Positions 37,770 to 51,896 are shown, counted from the first letter of the whole stretch. The stretch: DNA of 63,984 nt, filler included, from Octopus bimaculoides (GCF_001194135.2; 6 parts of 5 records of this genome joined end to end with filler, not necessarily neighbours in it); one strand, 5' to 3'. The notes: a model not told the origin generated them from the letters alone. Program-made: numbers and translations.

Positions 37770-38025
37770 TTGCATTCTTCACTTAAAGTTCCTCGACGAC
37801 TTGAACAATTTTCTGGGGTCTTCCACTACGAAGAAGACTTTTTGGCTTCGGGGTTTACAGCCATAGTTCCACATTGTTATGAATGTTTTCAAGACGTTTT
37901 TTGCCTTCCTCGACGCAATGAAGCAGATCCTACGCAGCTGAAAATCCAAGCTTCTTTTCGAAATGACCATACTCTACACACTTTAATCCAAAGCACTGCT
38001 ATAAACAACGGAAGTGAGTAAGAAC
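37770..38025 (-). mobile_element. Mariner internal-deletion derivative, copy 1
   Basis: KVCRVW..DLLHCVEEGKKRLENIHNNVELW..WNYG..PEAKKSSS*WKTP (cf. mariner ITGDETW.Y.YDPETK.QSSQW). Homologous to 38560-38800. Confidence 0.65.
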
Positions 38026-38399
38026 AGAATGCCTACGTCTACCGGGTTGGCTTCTGTCTTTGCTCATGGACAGATATCAAATAAACGTGGGGTATTTATT
38101 TGCATGTGTGATAATTTTGTTATCGATTTGACTGATAGATCTATAACTACTGCTAACGTAATGGACAGATAAAATTCAAGTTTGTCTAATTAGATACATT
38201 TACATTTCTCCCTGCTATTTACGTTATTGATTATCTAACAACAGTTAATACTGCACACGGTTCGTCTAGAGATTCCCTTGATTTTTAAGATTTTGTTCAA
38301 GGTATGGGAACCTCATATACCTCATTAATTTTTTACGTCTTTTAATTAGCCTGATTCAGTTTTTAACTTAAAGAATTTCAGTGATGTTTCAATGAACTT

Positions 38400-38800
38400 C
38401 ATCCAAAATTATCGGCACTAGTGCGATAGGAAAGAAAAAAATGTAACTTCAGTACATCAATTCGGAATAATATCCTTTGAATAACTGAGGCCACAGTTTC
38501 CAACGATGGAAGCATTCTTAGAACTCCTTCTTTGGGATACTAAGCAGCTACCACGTCGCTTTCTCCTAAAGTTCCTCGACGATTTGTAATGTTAGGATCT
38601 TCCACTACAAATAAGAATTTTAGCTTCGGGCTCACAGCCATAGTTCCACATTGTTGTAAATGTTTTCAAGACGTCGTTTGTCTTCCTCGAGGCAATCAAG
38701 CAGATACTGCGCAGCTGAAAACCCAAGCTTCTTTTCCAGATGACCATACCCTACACACTTTACTCCAAAGCACTGCTATAAGCAACGGGAGTAAGAACAT
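38400..38800 (-). mobile_element. Mariner internal-deletion derivative, copy 2
   Basis: Same segment as copy 1, continuing into QIVEEL*EKATW*LLSIPKKEF*ECFHRWK..GYYSE (mariner C-terminus). Confidence 0.7.
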
Positions 38801-39409
38801 ACTCCTTTACTTCTGGTAACTCTATCGATGGGGTTCTAACAGAACAGACATTGACTTAAAGGTAATTAAACAGTTACTCCATCTCCCTACAAGTGTGGAC
38901 CTCCCGTACTGCAGATTTTTTTTTCTATTGGCAAGAACTCTTGAAATAAACTAAATAATGAGATACATACATACATACATACATACATACGCGTCGGGCA
39001 TTTGCACAGTTATCAAGATTCATCTGAGGACAGAAGTTTGTATGTTTGTGGCTCACTATTTTTCACAATACAAACTATGTAATATGTACGATGTGTCTAT
39101 GAATTTTCGCCAGTAGATATCGGTGAAATTTCCGCATATCTGGCCAGAAGGTTCTTGGGACACATTAATTATTGTGTAGTTAATAGAATGCAACTATTTT
39201 TCATTTAAAGATCTGTTAAAAACAATCTTTAGTTAATGTAATTGACTTCAATCAATGGAGAGTTAAGTAACAACATGGCCGCTGTTCTCAAATTAAAACC
39301 TGCAAAATAACAAACGAACAGAAAACAGATAATGTACCTGATGTATAGACATATATGCATCGCTATAAAAGAACTATAATAGACTGCAAGGAAATGTGAT
39401 TAAAAAGAA

Positions 39410-39477
<68 letters not shown>

Positions 39478-39486
39478 TTATTATTA

Positions 39487-39621
39487 TTTCAAAATTTTGC
39501 CACAAGTGCAGCCTGGGGGAGTTGAGCATGAGTCGATTGCATGGACTCCAGCATTTAACTGGTACTTATTTTATCGACCCTGAAACGATAAAACGCAAAG
39601 TCGACCACTGCAGAATTTGAA
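39487..39621 (-). mobile_element. 5'-truncated SINE family A in a TAA tract
   Basis: tttcaaaattttgccacaag..ctggtacttattttatcgaccctgaaacgataaaacgcaaagtcgacc. Confidence 0.8.
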
Positions 39622-39989
39622 TAGAATAATAATGATGATGATGATGATGATGATATTAGAGATTATGAGGAGGAGGATGGGATGAGGAGTTCGTGGTGGC
39701 GTGGTGGCTGTGATACCGAAAATGATAATAACATGGTGGAAATCATATTCGTAATAACAATAATAATAATAACAGCAACAACAACGACAAAAAACAACCA
39801 TAATAAATGAGAGAAAAAAACAGCAATAACAACACCGACACCACCACTACTGCTACCAACAACAACAACAAAAACAACAACGACATCTGCAGCAAACTGT
39901 AACATCATAATGTTATGATAATAGTAACACAAATAACAATAAAAATAAGAAAATGGATATAAATAATGGTAAGTATTATGATTATGATA

Positions 39990-40330
39990 ATACTAATGGT
40001 ACATCAGAATCTTATATAATAAACAAAATCAATTTTAATTTTAATTTTAAACATAGATATAACTAAATTCACCAGAGATTTAATTAAAAGATAAATGGAA
40101 ATCGTCTGCATATACAAATGATAGAATATGAATAAGCGATGTTTATAGGCAACATACCACGTCTGTCTGACCAAATTTGATTTTTGAATTATGATCGTAA
40201 GCGCTCTTCTTGGACATATGAGATACGCTAATGAGGTGGTCACGATGGAGAGATATCGAATAGAAACTTATATGGTATCTGGTTTGGGAGCCATTTATGT
40301 CTGTGGTCCTATCTGTTTAGACACTAAACT
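39990..40330 (-). mobile_element. Possible decayed LINE RT fragment
   Basis: Minus strand FVYADDFHL preceded by a degenerate GVPQGS-like segment. Multiple stops. Confidence 0.3.
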
Positions 40331-40613
40331 AAGCTAGATACACCGTTTCAGGTGCATAACGTGTATTCCAGTAATACATACTTACATACATACATGCATA
40401 AACACACGCACACACACACATATATATATATATTTATGTGTGTGTATATATATGTATATATTTATGTGTGTGCTTGTGTGTATGTGCGTGTGTATATCTA
40501 TATCAATATGTATTATATAGACATATATAAATACATATATATACTTATATATATATATGTCTGTGTGCCTGTGTGTATGTGTGTTCGCGTATGCTAGACA
40601 GACAGACTGACAT

Positions 40614-40658
<45 letters not shown>

Positions 40659-41265
40659 TAGATAGCTAGCTAGATAGATAGATAGACAGATATATCCGAA
40701 TTCAGGTATATGTTTGAATTTGTATTTATCTTTTATCATCTATCTATACATATAGATATACCTACCTGCTTACATAAAAAAAAAATATCTCACATGCAAA
40801 ATCAAACACCAACAAGTACAACAGCAAACTCATCAACAGCAACACAAGGAAATGCATAAATTTTAATATCAGAGCAGCAAATGCGGTAGCAAAGGGGCAT
40901 AACTCGAATAATTTTTCACCTGTCACTTGTCAAACTATTCAGATCTTGTGACATCGCGATTGCTTTGTTATGCATTTTTTATGGTAATCTCATAATTGAT
41001 TATTTTCCAACCAGTCCTCGCGCTTTTTGTGTTACACAACAACCTTTCTTCGATGGTCTTCATTTATATTCCCTTCCCTATTTCAAGTTGCTTTCCTCTT
41101 GTACTTATTTATTTCATAGGAGCCATTTCTTCTTCTTCTTCTGCTTCTTCTCCTCGAACTCCTCCTCCTCCATCTTCTTCTCCTCCTTCTTGTTCTTCCA
41201 CATCTTCTTATTCTTTCTCTTCCTCTTCTACTTCTTCTTCTTCTTATTATTATTATCAATTCTAT

Positions 41266-41520
41266 CATGGCCTGGTGGTTTGTGTATTGCACTAACGATC
41301 GCAAGATTGCGGTTTCAATACCTAGACAGGAGGGTGCGTTGTGCTCCTGAGTAAAACACTTCATATCACGTTGTTCTGCGATCACATCGACAACTGGCAC
41401 GTGGTTCAACAGACACCTATTCAGGCAACGTCGATTTCATACAAAAGGGTGAGCTAATGTACTGTACATGCATTTGATGACTATAGAAAAACCATTTGTG
41501 ATGGTCGTTTGGCAAAAAAC
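41266..41520 (+). mobile_element. Diverged tRNA-headed SINE (family C-like)
   Basis: catggcctggtggtt..cacgatc-like head, ggtttcaatacc, gttgtgctcctgagtaaaacacttcatatcacgttg parallels 59491-59610. Confidence 0.6.
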
Positions 41521-41589
41521 CTCACCGTAATACGTCGTCTTCGAAAGGAGAATCCGTTATTATTATTGAATGAGAAAGCTAAGCATGCC

Positions 41590-42020
41590 GTCAGAGTGGT
41601 GCAGGAGTAAAATATATGAAGCCCATTATACCCATCATGACTACCCGTCTGATAAGGGTACACCAGGCACATGCAACACAACAATATATGCGTGACATTG
41701 TGATCTCATATCAAGATTAACAGTGCATGACCTTGCAGGTGGGGCCCAATTAGAATTTTCGTCATGTCGAGTAGCCCATCCCGGTCAAAAGGTCCCTGAA
41801 TAAAGTTTGTTTAAGGATATTGAACGAAATATTCATGTTTCCTGGGGTAAAATATCCAAATCCAAACGAATTTTTCTCAACACAAGGCTATGATGCTCCG
41901 CAACCAATTCTGCTCGTGATCAGAGATACACATACCGTCAGCAACTAACTGACATGCTCAACTGGTTATGGTCAAACAACTGACAAGCAAATCTGTGGTA
42001 TTGAGCAGAATATTTGCTGT
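41590..42020. repeat. Probable high-copy interspersed repeat of unknown class
   Basis: Higher-GC block with no ORF. I recall similar sequence as an abundant octopus repeat, but it is single-copy here and unverified. Confidence 0.3.
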
Positions 42021-42056
42021 AGTGTATCAGATATACCATGGTAAAACACATTATTA

Positions 42057-42102
<46 letters not shown>

Positions 42103-42112
42103 CATTATTATC

Positions 42113-42324
42113 AAGGCGGTGAGCTGGCAGAATAGTTAGCGCGCCGGACGAAGTGCTTAGCGGTATTTCAGTGTCGCTTCGTTCTGAGTTGAAATTCCGC
42201 TAAGATCGGCTTTGCCATTTATTCTCTCGGGCTTGAGAAACTAAATACCAGTGAAACACTGGACCGATGTAATCCGCTAGTCCCCCTCCAAAAAATTTCA
42301 GGCCTTGTGCGTATAGTAGAAAGG
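42113..42324 (+). mobile_element. SINE family A, full length, third tail type
   Basis: aaggcggtgagctggcagaatagttagc..gagttgaaattccg..aatttcaggccttgtgcgtatagtagaaagga. (TTA/TCA)n on both sides. A head+tail deletion remnant follows at 42362-42432. Confidence 0.85.
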
Positions 42325-42329
42325 ATAAT

Positions 42330-42446
42330 TATTATTATTATCATCATCATCATCATCATCATTAATGCGGTGAGCTGCCACGATCTTTGACTCGACGTGT
42401 AGAATTTCAGGTCCTGTGCCTGTAAAAGAAGGGACTACTACTACTG

Positions 42447-42510
<64 letters not shown>

Positions 42511-42513
42511 TTG

Positions 42514-42561
<48 letters not shown>

Positions 42562-43295
42562 GCTGCTGCTAATACTAGTCCTACTACTACTACTATCGTA
42601 ATAGTTGTTGCTGCTATTATTGTTTTTCTTCTTCTTCTACTTCTTCTTCTTCTTATTATTATTATCATCATCATCATCATTGTCGTTGTTATTGTTGCGG
42701 CTGTTGTTATTTTCTTGCTTTTGTTATCAGTACATTTTTGTTGGTATTTTTATTTATTCCACAGTTACGTCACTGCTCCATTCAATCACTTCCGCCCTTG
42801 TTAACCACCAGAGATTCCATTACCAAAAATCTTTACAATTCTTTACTCATCCCCTCACTCATTCACTCCCTCGTTCACTCATTCACTCGCTCGTTCACTC
42901 ATTCACTCGCTCACCTCAGAGAAATCGTTATTCTTCCTGAAATATGACCTTGTCTTGTTACCATTATATGAATGGACGCCGAAGGTAAATAAATAAATAC
43001 ATAAATAAATGAAGATGATGATGGTGATGATGTCGATGGTCATGCTGATGATGATCATGATGGCGATGATGATGATGATGATGATGATGATGACGATGAA
43101 CAAGAAAAAGAAGAAGAGGACGAAGAAAAAAGGAGAAGAAGAAGAAGAATAAGAAGAAGAATAAGAAGATGGTAATGATGATGAAGATGATGATGATGAC
43201 GATGGTGTTGACAATGATGATGACGATGGTGTTGACAATGATGATGACAGTGGTGATGATGATGATCATTGACGACGACGACGACGACGACGATG

Positions 43296-43357
<62 letters not shown>

Positions 43358-44762
43358 TAAAACAAAAATCTATGATTATGTAGATGATGTAACGGACAGC
43401 ACGGAAACATAATCACAAAGACAACTAAATCAACAACAACAACAAAAACAAAAATGAATGTAAAAAAAGAAACACAGCCCTAAGAACTGTATCGATATTG
43501 ACAGCAGCAGCACCAGCAACAACAGCAGCAATAACAACAACTACAACAGGAAGGACATAAATGAACATCGAGAACAACGACATCGACCGTAAGACCGATA
43601 CCGTACATGCTGTAAGACATCGACAAAATGTTGATTGAAATATCTACACTGTTTTTTTCGATGTTTCATATCTGACCTCTGAACCATTTTTATCTTCGCT
43701 TCTATCTATCAATCGACACGTCTCTATTGCTTTCTATTACAGATATGCTCTTTGCTTCGCACTCAATTTGTTTCTTCTTCTTCTTCTTCTTCTTCGTCTT
43801 CTATTTCTCTTTGTTATTTCCTTTCTGTCTCTTTCTTTCTCTCTCCATTTATCTGCATACGTATACGTGTATTCCGATGACACATAATATGGCAAAATGG
43901 CATATTTATTGGTATCTGTACGCGTACACATACGCACACAAATATAGACGTTTGTGTGTGTGTGCGTGTACGAATGTATGTATGTATATATATATATANN
44001 NNNNNNNNNNNNNNNNNNNNNNNNNNNNNNNNNNNNNNNNNNNNNNNNNNNNNNNNNNNNNNNNNNNNNNNNNNNNNNNNNNNNNNNNNNNNNNNNNNNN
44101 NNNNNNNNNNNNNNNNNNNNNNNNNNNNNNNNNNNNNNNNNNNNNNNNNNNNNNNNNNNNNNNNNNNNNNNNNNNNNNNNNNNNNNNNNNNNNNNNNNNN
44201 NNNNNNNNNNNNNNNNNNNNNNNNNNNNNNNNNNNNNNNNNNNNNNNNNNNNNNNNNNNNNNNNNNNNNNNNNNNNNNNNNNNNNNNNNNNNNNNNNNNN
44301 NNNNNNNNNNNNNNNNNNNNNNNNNNNNNNNNNNNNNNNNNNNNNNNNNNNNNNNNNNNNNNNNNNNNNNNNNNNNNNNNNNNNNNNNNNNNNNNNNNNN
44401 NNNNNNNNNNNNNNNNNNNNNNNNNNNNNNNNNNNNNNNNNNNNNNNNNNNNNNNNNNNNNNNNNNNNNNNNNNNNNNNNNNNNNNNNNNNNNNNNNNNN
44501 NNNNNNNNNNNNNNNNNNNNNNNNNNNNNNNNNNNNNNNNNNNNNNNNNNNNNNNNNNNNNNNNNNNNNNNNNNNNNNNNNNNNNNNNNNNNNNNNNNNN
44601 NNNNNNNNNNNNNNNNNNNNNNNNNNNNNNNNNNNNNNNNNNNNNNNNNNNNNNNNNNNNNNNNNNNNNNNNNNNNNNNNNNNNNNNNNNNNNNNNNNNN
44701 AGAAGAAGAAGAAGAAGAAGAAGAAGAAGAAGAAGAAGAAGAAGAAGAAGAAGAAGAAGAAG

Positions 44763-44793
<31 letters not shown>

Positions 44794-45611
44794 GCACCAA
44801 CAACAAATACAGCAACAAGTAATGTTGATATAAAGAGGGAGCAGAGTCGAAGGTGAGAGGGGAAGAGAGAAAGAAGGGATGAAGGATAGAAAGACTACTG
44901 AGATAAAAGAGAAAGAGAGGAAACAGCTAACTAAAAATAATGCGATTTTTTTCGAATTTCTCACCAATGGAAAACGAATCCCCTATCTTTAAGCAAAAGG
45001 GCGCTGGTGATATATTTGACAAGTTTAGAATTTAAAATTCAGGTGGCCCTGTTGGATATCTATTTTCATAAGTCATGTCACATACTGTATAATTAAATTC
45101 CGACAATCCAACTTTGATGCAAATATTGAAAAGAAAGAATGAAACTAAGAGGTAAAGGACTAAATAAATGCACATGAAACCAAAGATGAAATTATAAGAA
45201 GAAAACAACGGGTGAATGATGATGATAATAATAATAACAACAACAACAACAATAATAATTGTAATAATAACAACAACAACAATAATTATTATAATAATAA
45301 CAAGAACAATAATAATAATTATAATAATAATAACAACAACAACAATAATACTAATAATAATGATGATGATGATGATGATGATAGTGATGATGATGATAGT
45401 AATATCTGCGTTGTATTGCATGAAGATATTTCACTACTTCCCTTCCCCCAAGCTTTCAGTTGTAGTGTAACATCTCTTACCTTTCACTCGCCCAGGACGC
45501 TGGGTGTGTCTCGGCAAGTGATTGAAACAAAGATGCGGATTAAAAGTATTATTATTAATAATAATAATAATAATAATTTTAATAATAATAATAATAGTAA
45601 TAATAATAATA

Positions 45612-45681
<70 letters not shown>

Positions 45682-45930
45682 CATTAGAACATGATGACGC
45701 TGCTGCTGATGATGATCTTCTTCATCACCTTCATTATCATCGTAGTCGTCGTCGTCGTCATCATCACCATCTTAAAGCTAGTACTGCTGATGCCGTTGAT
45801 GTTGTCGCTGATGATGACGATGATGATGATGAAGAGGAGGAGGAGGAGGAGGAGGAGGAGGAAGAAGAAGATGATGATGATGATGACGATGAAAGGAAAA
45901 TCAAACCAAGAAAGAAAAAGCAACGATAAT
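42330..45930. repeat. Trinucleotide microsatellite-rich region (TAC, TAA, GAT, GAA, CAA, GAG) with gaps
   Basis: Direct inspection. Explains the homopolymeric ORFs in the track. Confidence 0.85.
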
Positions 45931-46689
45931 GAAACCTTAACGACGAACATGCTGACAACTTGATACGATATACACATTGTTTATTTATTTCTAAAATAAT
46001 TTCTAATTTTTATTAACGCTGTTTGTATTTATTGGTGTTGTCATTACTGTTGTTGTATTTTATTTTCCCACAAACATCTCCAGTTATTCTATCTTCACTA
46101 CAAACACAGGCAACGTCAAATTAATGAGAATATGCCTACGCTGTCTCCGAAAGAGAAACGAAAATGCATTGAATCCACGCCATGCCGTCTTCTTAAGAGA
46201 TGAAAAAAAGATATCTAATTATGTTTTCCAGTGAATAGTATGGCAGTAGATAAATTAATTGATTATGGATAGGCGAGGGGAATGTGCAGGTATGTGGTTA
46301 AGATGTTTGAGTTACAACCGAATCGTTGCTGGTTCGCTACTATTGCCACCGGACTCATTAGTATTCTCAGCTTGAGTCTGAGATTGACTACTAACCGGAA
46401 AGATGGAAAATCTCTTATATATACATTCATATAGATATATATATATACATACATATACATATATATATATATATANNNNNNNNNNNNNNNNNNNNNNNNN
46501 NNNNNNNNNNNNNNNNNNNNNNNNNNNNNNNNNNNNNNNNNNNNNNNNNNNNNNNNNNNNNNNNNNNNNNNNNNNNNNNNNNNNNNNNNNNNNNNNNNNN
46601 NNNNNNNNNNNNNNNNNNNNNNNNNNNNNNNNNNNNNNNNNNNNNNNNNNNNNNNNNNNNNNNNNNNNNNNNNNNNNNNNNNNNNNNTA

Positions 46690-46835
46690 TATATATGTTG
46701 TTGCAATTTACAAAAGAACAAAACAAAAGACGAAGAAGAGTGTATAAACAACAAACAGATGTGAGAAAGTCTTTTACGTTTCGAGCCTACGCTCTTCGAC
46801 ACAAAGGAACGCAGAAATAAAGAGAGAGAAATATA
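46690..46835 (-). mobile_element. PLE terminal repeat copy carrying the hammerhead-like motif
   Basis: Reverse complement aligns to 12530-12680. Confidence 0.65.
46770..46806 (-). ncRNA. Second copy of the variant minimal hammerhead motif (core GUGUCGA)
   Basis: CCTTT-GTGTCGA-A-GAGC(GTAG)GCTC-GAAAC-GTA-AAAGA. Confidence 0.45.
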
Positions 46836-46851
46836 CATGCGTGTGTGTGTG

Positions 46852-47085
46852 TACAAGGTGGCCCGAGAGTAGGTTTACAGTTATCACGTATGCACTTTAA
46901 ATTTCTTTTAAAACATTTTATTACATTTAAATTTCTATCTTACAAACTGAAAAGGGAGCTTGACAAAATTAACTAAATTAGCATAGAATAATGGTTTCAT
47001 ACTTTCTTTATAATTAAGATCTAAATTGTTAATACATGAATGAGATAGTCCAATAACTGTAAACTTACTTTTGGGCCACCCTGTA
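46852..47085. mobile_element. Tc1/mariner-superfamily MITE
   Basis: ~32-bp TIRs tacaaggtggcccgagagtaggtttacagtta / taactgtaaacttacttttgggccaccctgta, TA at both ends, non-coding interior. Confidence 0.85.
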
Positions 47086-48770
47086 TACCATTTTTCCTGA
47101 ATGGTACTTATGTAGGTTATTTGCATTGGGCTATATCAGATTTTAGCAACCGGGATCTATATGGCCCCTGCGTATCCATATCAGATTTTTGGGAGTCCAC
47201 ACAGCAACATAGTAAACTGGGCATCCTGAAAAGAATTTGAACGACTCCTGAAATATTTTTTTGCTTGTTCTATTTTAGGCTTATTTCTCGAACACACTTC
47301 GTAGTTCAATCTGCGCATGTTAATGTGTGCTAAGCAAAATATGAATTTTGAATGACGTTCCTATCAAACTAGTTTTAAAACATCGAATGACTATAGGTGT
47401 CCACCAGAATAAAATAGTAATCAAATGGGTCCACACAAGCAAGATAGTAAAATAGGGGTCTACAGAACTAATCAAAGGGGTCCGTTGATAAAAAGTGTAC
47501 ACTCGGGACATATTATAACGTGTACTGCATATCCAGCTCTCTTCGCGGAGCCCATTCAGAGCCGAAGTCGTTTCATGCAAATCATGCATTAAATATTTTA
47601 ATATTTTTGCAGTACCTGTTATCGTATGTCTCCGGATACCATCAATAACATCTCACATGATAATGGAAATATTTTTTTTTAGTTTTGTAGAAAAAAAAAA
47701 TTCTGTTGCCGAATGACAGCTAAGAGAATTTGATGAAATTATACTTAAATTTGACATTTAAATTGTTTTTTAAGCTCTGCATAGGTATATAAGTAATATG
47801 AGTGTGCNNNNNNNNNNNNNNNNNNNNNNNNNNNNNNNNNNNNNNNNNNNNNNNNNNNNNNNNNNNNNNNNNNNNNNNNNNNNNNNNNNNNNNNNNNNNN
47901 NNNNNNNNNNNNNNNNNNNNNNNNNNNNNNNNNNNNNNNNNNNNNNNNNNNNNNNNNNNNNNNNNNNNNNNNNNNNNNNNNNNNNNNNNNNNNNNNNNNN
48001 NNNNNNNNNNNNNNNNNNNNNNNNNNNNNNNNNNNNNNNNNNNNNNNNNNNNNNNNNNNNNNNNNNNNNNNNNNNNNNNNNNNNNNNNNNNNNNNNNNNN
48101 NNNNNNNNNNNNNNNNNNNNNNNNNNNNNNNNNNNNNNNNNNNNNNNNNNNNNNNNNNNNNNNNNNNNNNNNNNNNNNNNNNNNNNNNNNNNNNNNNNNN
48201 NNNNNNNNNNNNNNNNNNNNNNNNNNNNNNNNNNNNNNNNNNNNNNNNNNNNNNNNNNNNNNNNNNNNNNNNNNNNNNNNNNNNNNNNNNNNNNNNNNNN
48301 NNNNNNNNNNNNNNNNNNNNNNNNNNNNNNNNNNNNNNNNNNNNNNNNNNNNNNNNNNNNNNNNNNNNNNNNNNNNNNNNNNNNNNNNNNNNNNNNNNNN
48401 NNNNNNNNNNNNNNNNNNNNNNNNNNNNNNNNNNNNNNNNNNNNNNNNNNNNNNNNNNNNNNNNNNNNNNNNNNNNNNNNNNNNNNNNNNNNNNNNNNNN
48501 NNNNNNNNNNNNNNNNNNNNNNNNNNNNNNNNNNNNNNNNNNNNNNNNNNNNNNNNNNNNNNNNNNNNNNNNNNNNNNNNNNNNNNNNNNNNNNNNNNNN
48601 NNNNNNNNNNNNNNNNNNNNNNNNNNNNNNNNNNNNNNNNNNNNNNNNNNNNNNNNNNNNNNNNNNNNNNNNNNNNNNNNNNNNNTATATACTTATAAAT
48701 ACACCGACACACATATATACAAACGCGCAGACACACATACATGTATACGTATATATACGTATATATATGT

Positions 48771-48810
<40 letters not shown>

Positions 48811-49242
48811 GTACAAGTTCTACAGTCGTCTGTGTCGGTTGCGGCGTCGTCGAAAAGTACAGATGTGTAGGTGGGGACATTTCATTACACGATGACAAAC
48901 GCATAAAAGTCCAAACTCACACGCTCACACATATAGACCTAAGGAAACACACACACACACACACACAGACACACACATGCACCCGCACGCACATATGACA
49001 CATGCATAATACGCACATACACATGTGTATGCGTACACGTGCGTAAGTTTTATTACTAAAGAGAAGTTATGCTATTTTATTAGTAGCCGAGGCGATAATC
49101 TTCATTAGCAACATACATTTGTCACCATAAAGTTTGACTTCTATATAACCTGGAAAAATCCATTTAACAAAACTCATATAGATACATATACACATACACA
49201 CACGCACACACAAACACACACACGCACATATATATAATATAG

Positions 49243-49576
49243 TCTTTCATTTCTTTCAGTCATTTGATTGCGGCCATGCTGGAGCACCGCTTTTAGTCGA
49301 ACTAATCGACCCTCCAGAACACTTTCGTTGCGAGCCATGTACTTATTCCATCGATTCCTTTTTTGCCGAACCGCTAGGTTACACGGACGTAAAAACACCA
49401 ACATTGGTTGTCAAGCGTTGGTGTGGGGGACAAACAAAATTGCATACATATACATATATATATACATATACGACAGGCTTCTGTCAGTTTCTGTCTACGA
49501 AATCCACTCACAAAGCTTTGGTTAACCGGAGGCTAGAATAGAAGACATGCTTCTAACCACACGGCCACTCATGCTA
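49243..49576 (-). mobile_element. SINE family B, near full length with a deletion in the head
   Basis: ttcagtcatttgattgcggccatgctggagcaccgc..gtcaagcg..aaatccactcacaaagctttgg..cttctaaccacacggccac. Confidence 0.85.
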
Positions 49577-50196
49577 TATATATATATATATATATATATA
49601 TACGTGTGTGTATATGATGTATGTGTGTATGTATATGTATTATTTGTGTATGTATATGTATGCATGTTTGTATGTATATGTATATGTATATGCATGTATG
49701 TATGTATGTATGCATATGTTTACACAAGTATATATATGTGGGATTACGAAGACGCCACAAATACACACGTATATGAAAATGAGTTTGTGTTTGTGTGAGT
49801 GAGTGAGTGTGTGACTTAGTACCTAAGGAGGTGCAAGTGCGCGCGCCATATATTCATATATACGCGCTTACATACGCATGTGCGGCTTTTGTGTGGTTTT
49901 ATGAATTGGCAAAAGGAAGTGCAAGTACATTTTGAGTAATGGTTTAATGAGAGACTTTCGGCCGCAAAATGTTTTCGTTTGTTTGTTTGTTTTTCTATTT
50001 ATTGCCCGTTTTCTGATATCATTCTTTGTTTTATCATTTTCATTGTTTAAACTGTAAAATCTTTCTAGTAAGGAAATTAAGACACCAAATCGTTGTAAGA
50101 GCTATTGCGATATATCTGACAAACCTGAGTACTGAAAGACGGAAGATGGATTACACGAGAATTTATTATTTATCACAATTGTTTCAACACATCTAG

Positions 50197-50353
50197 CATC
50201 GATTCCTCATGGAAGGGACACTCAACCACTGGTTCAGGAGCATCCGTCGGTGCAGACGTATCTTGTCGGGTGATAAATAAATACAACTCGTTAAAATATC
50301 TGTTCCGCAATGTAACTACCCGTTTTGCAGAAAGAGAAGATGAATTTACACTT
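50197..50353 (+). CDS. Candidate exon-like open segment (IDSSWKGHSTTGSGASVGADVSCRVINKYNSLKYLFRNVTTRFAEREDEFTL)
   Basis: Non-repeat, GC-richer, open frame after ttgtttcaacacatctag. Weak donor. The opposite strand is also open. Confidence 0.15.
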
Positions 50354-50782
50354 GTAGACATATACACATGCATTTATATAATTAGGGACAGATATAGGCT
50401 TATCGATAGATACACACATGTATACTATATATATACTTATACAGACACACAAACACACACACATTCATATGTGTGATACATGTCTGTGCGCGGGCGTGTG
50501 TGTTGGGGGGGTATAAGATTATCTTTCACATATCTATCAACGTATATGCATTTATACAAATCTCATAGCAGAATTTTATACATAAACTGTGTGATCAAGA
50601 TATTTATTAAGATAGTGTATTAAAAAAAGAAATGTGTAATAACTCAGCGTGTCATTAGTCACAATGGCGAAAGTTAAACTCCCAGCATTGAGATATCCGA
50701 CTGTGAAGCAATCACACCCGAAGGCTGATCCCAGATCACAAAACACACAAAACAAATTCTTACCCTGTAGTCTCATACTTAC

Positions 50783-50887
50783 ATAGATGGACATATACGC
50801 TCTATGTATGTGAAGAGGTGAAAAGTTGTCTTTCGGTGCTGGTACGTTTTTGTTGAGAGTGTATTGCTCTTGTTTACGTCTCAAACG
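50783..50887 (-). CDS. Candidate 105-nt phase 0/0 exon (RLRRKQEQYTLNKNVPAPKDNFSPLHIHRAYMSIY)
   Basis: Acceptor atatattctttag, consensus donor GTAAGT, length divisible by 3, open frame. No recognised homology. Confidence 0.3.
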
Positions 50888-51336
50888 CTAAAGAATATAT
50901 TTCAATAATTTGCGAGTGACATCAGTATGATACAAATATTACAGGAATCACACATGTCATTTCATAACTGCAGAATTGTGATTCGCTCCGAGCTATTTAC
51001 GTGTTATGTATGCGTAAGAGAGGCCACAAGACCATTCACATGCAGGTTTGTTATATGTGTGTGTGTGCATAAGATAATGCGTGCGCAAGTGTATAGATGT
51101 GTGTGTGTGTGTATACAGAGAGTGTGTGTGTGTGTAGAGGGAGAGAAAAGGGAGTGACTGTGCAAAAAGGAGAGAGAGAGAGTGAGAGAGAGTAAGATAT
51201 GGAGCGCAACGGTGTGCAGTGAGAGAAAATAGATATGTATATGTATATGCGGTATGTATGTGTGTGTTTGTATGTATATGCGTGTATATATATTTATATA
51301 TAGACGTAGACATGCATGCGCTCACCCCACCCACAT

Positions 51337-51393
<57 letters not shown>

Positions 51394-51896
51394 CATACGT
51401 ATATANNNNNNNNNNNNNNNNNNNNNNNNNNNNNNNNNNNNNNNNNNNNNNNNNNNNNNNNNNNNNNNNNNNNNNNNNNNNNNNNNNNNNNNNNNNNNNN
51501 NNNNNNNNNNNNNNNNNNNNNNNNNNNNNNNNNNNNNNNNNNNNNNNNNNNNNNNNNNNNNNNNNNNNNNNNNNNNNNNNNNNNNNNNNNNNNNNNNNNN
51601 NNNNNNNNNNNNNNNNNNNNNNNNNNNNNNNNNNNNNNNNNNNNNNNNNNNNNNNNNNNNNNNNNNNNNNNNNNNNNNNNNNNNNNNNNNNNNNNNNNNN
51701 NNNNNNNNNNNNNNNNNNNNNNNNNNNNNNNNNNNNNNNNNNNNNNNNNNNNNNNNNNNNNNNNNNNNNNNNNNNNNNNNNNNNNNNNNNNNNNNNNNNN
51801 NNNNNNNNNNNNNAGAGAGAGAGAGATGAACTATTACTAAGCACTTTCTCCGATGTGTTAAAAGTTCTCGCCATCGATCCACCTGTCTCTTTTGCT

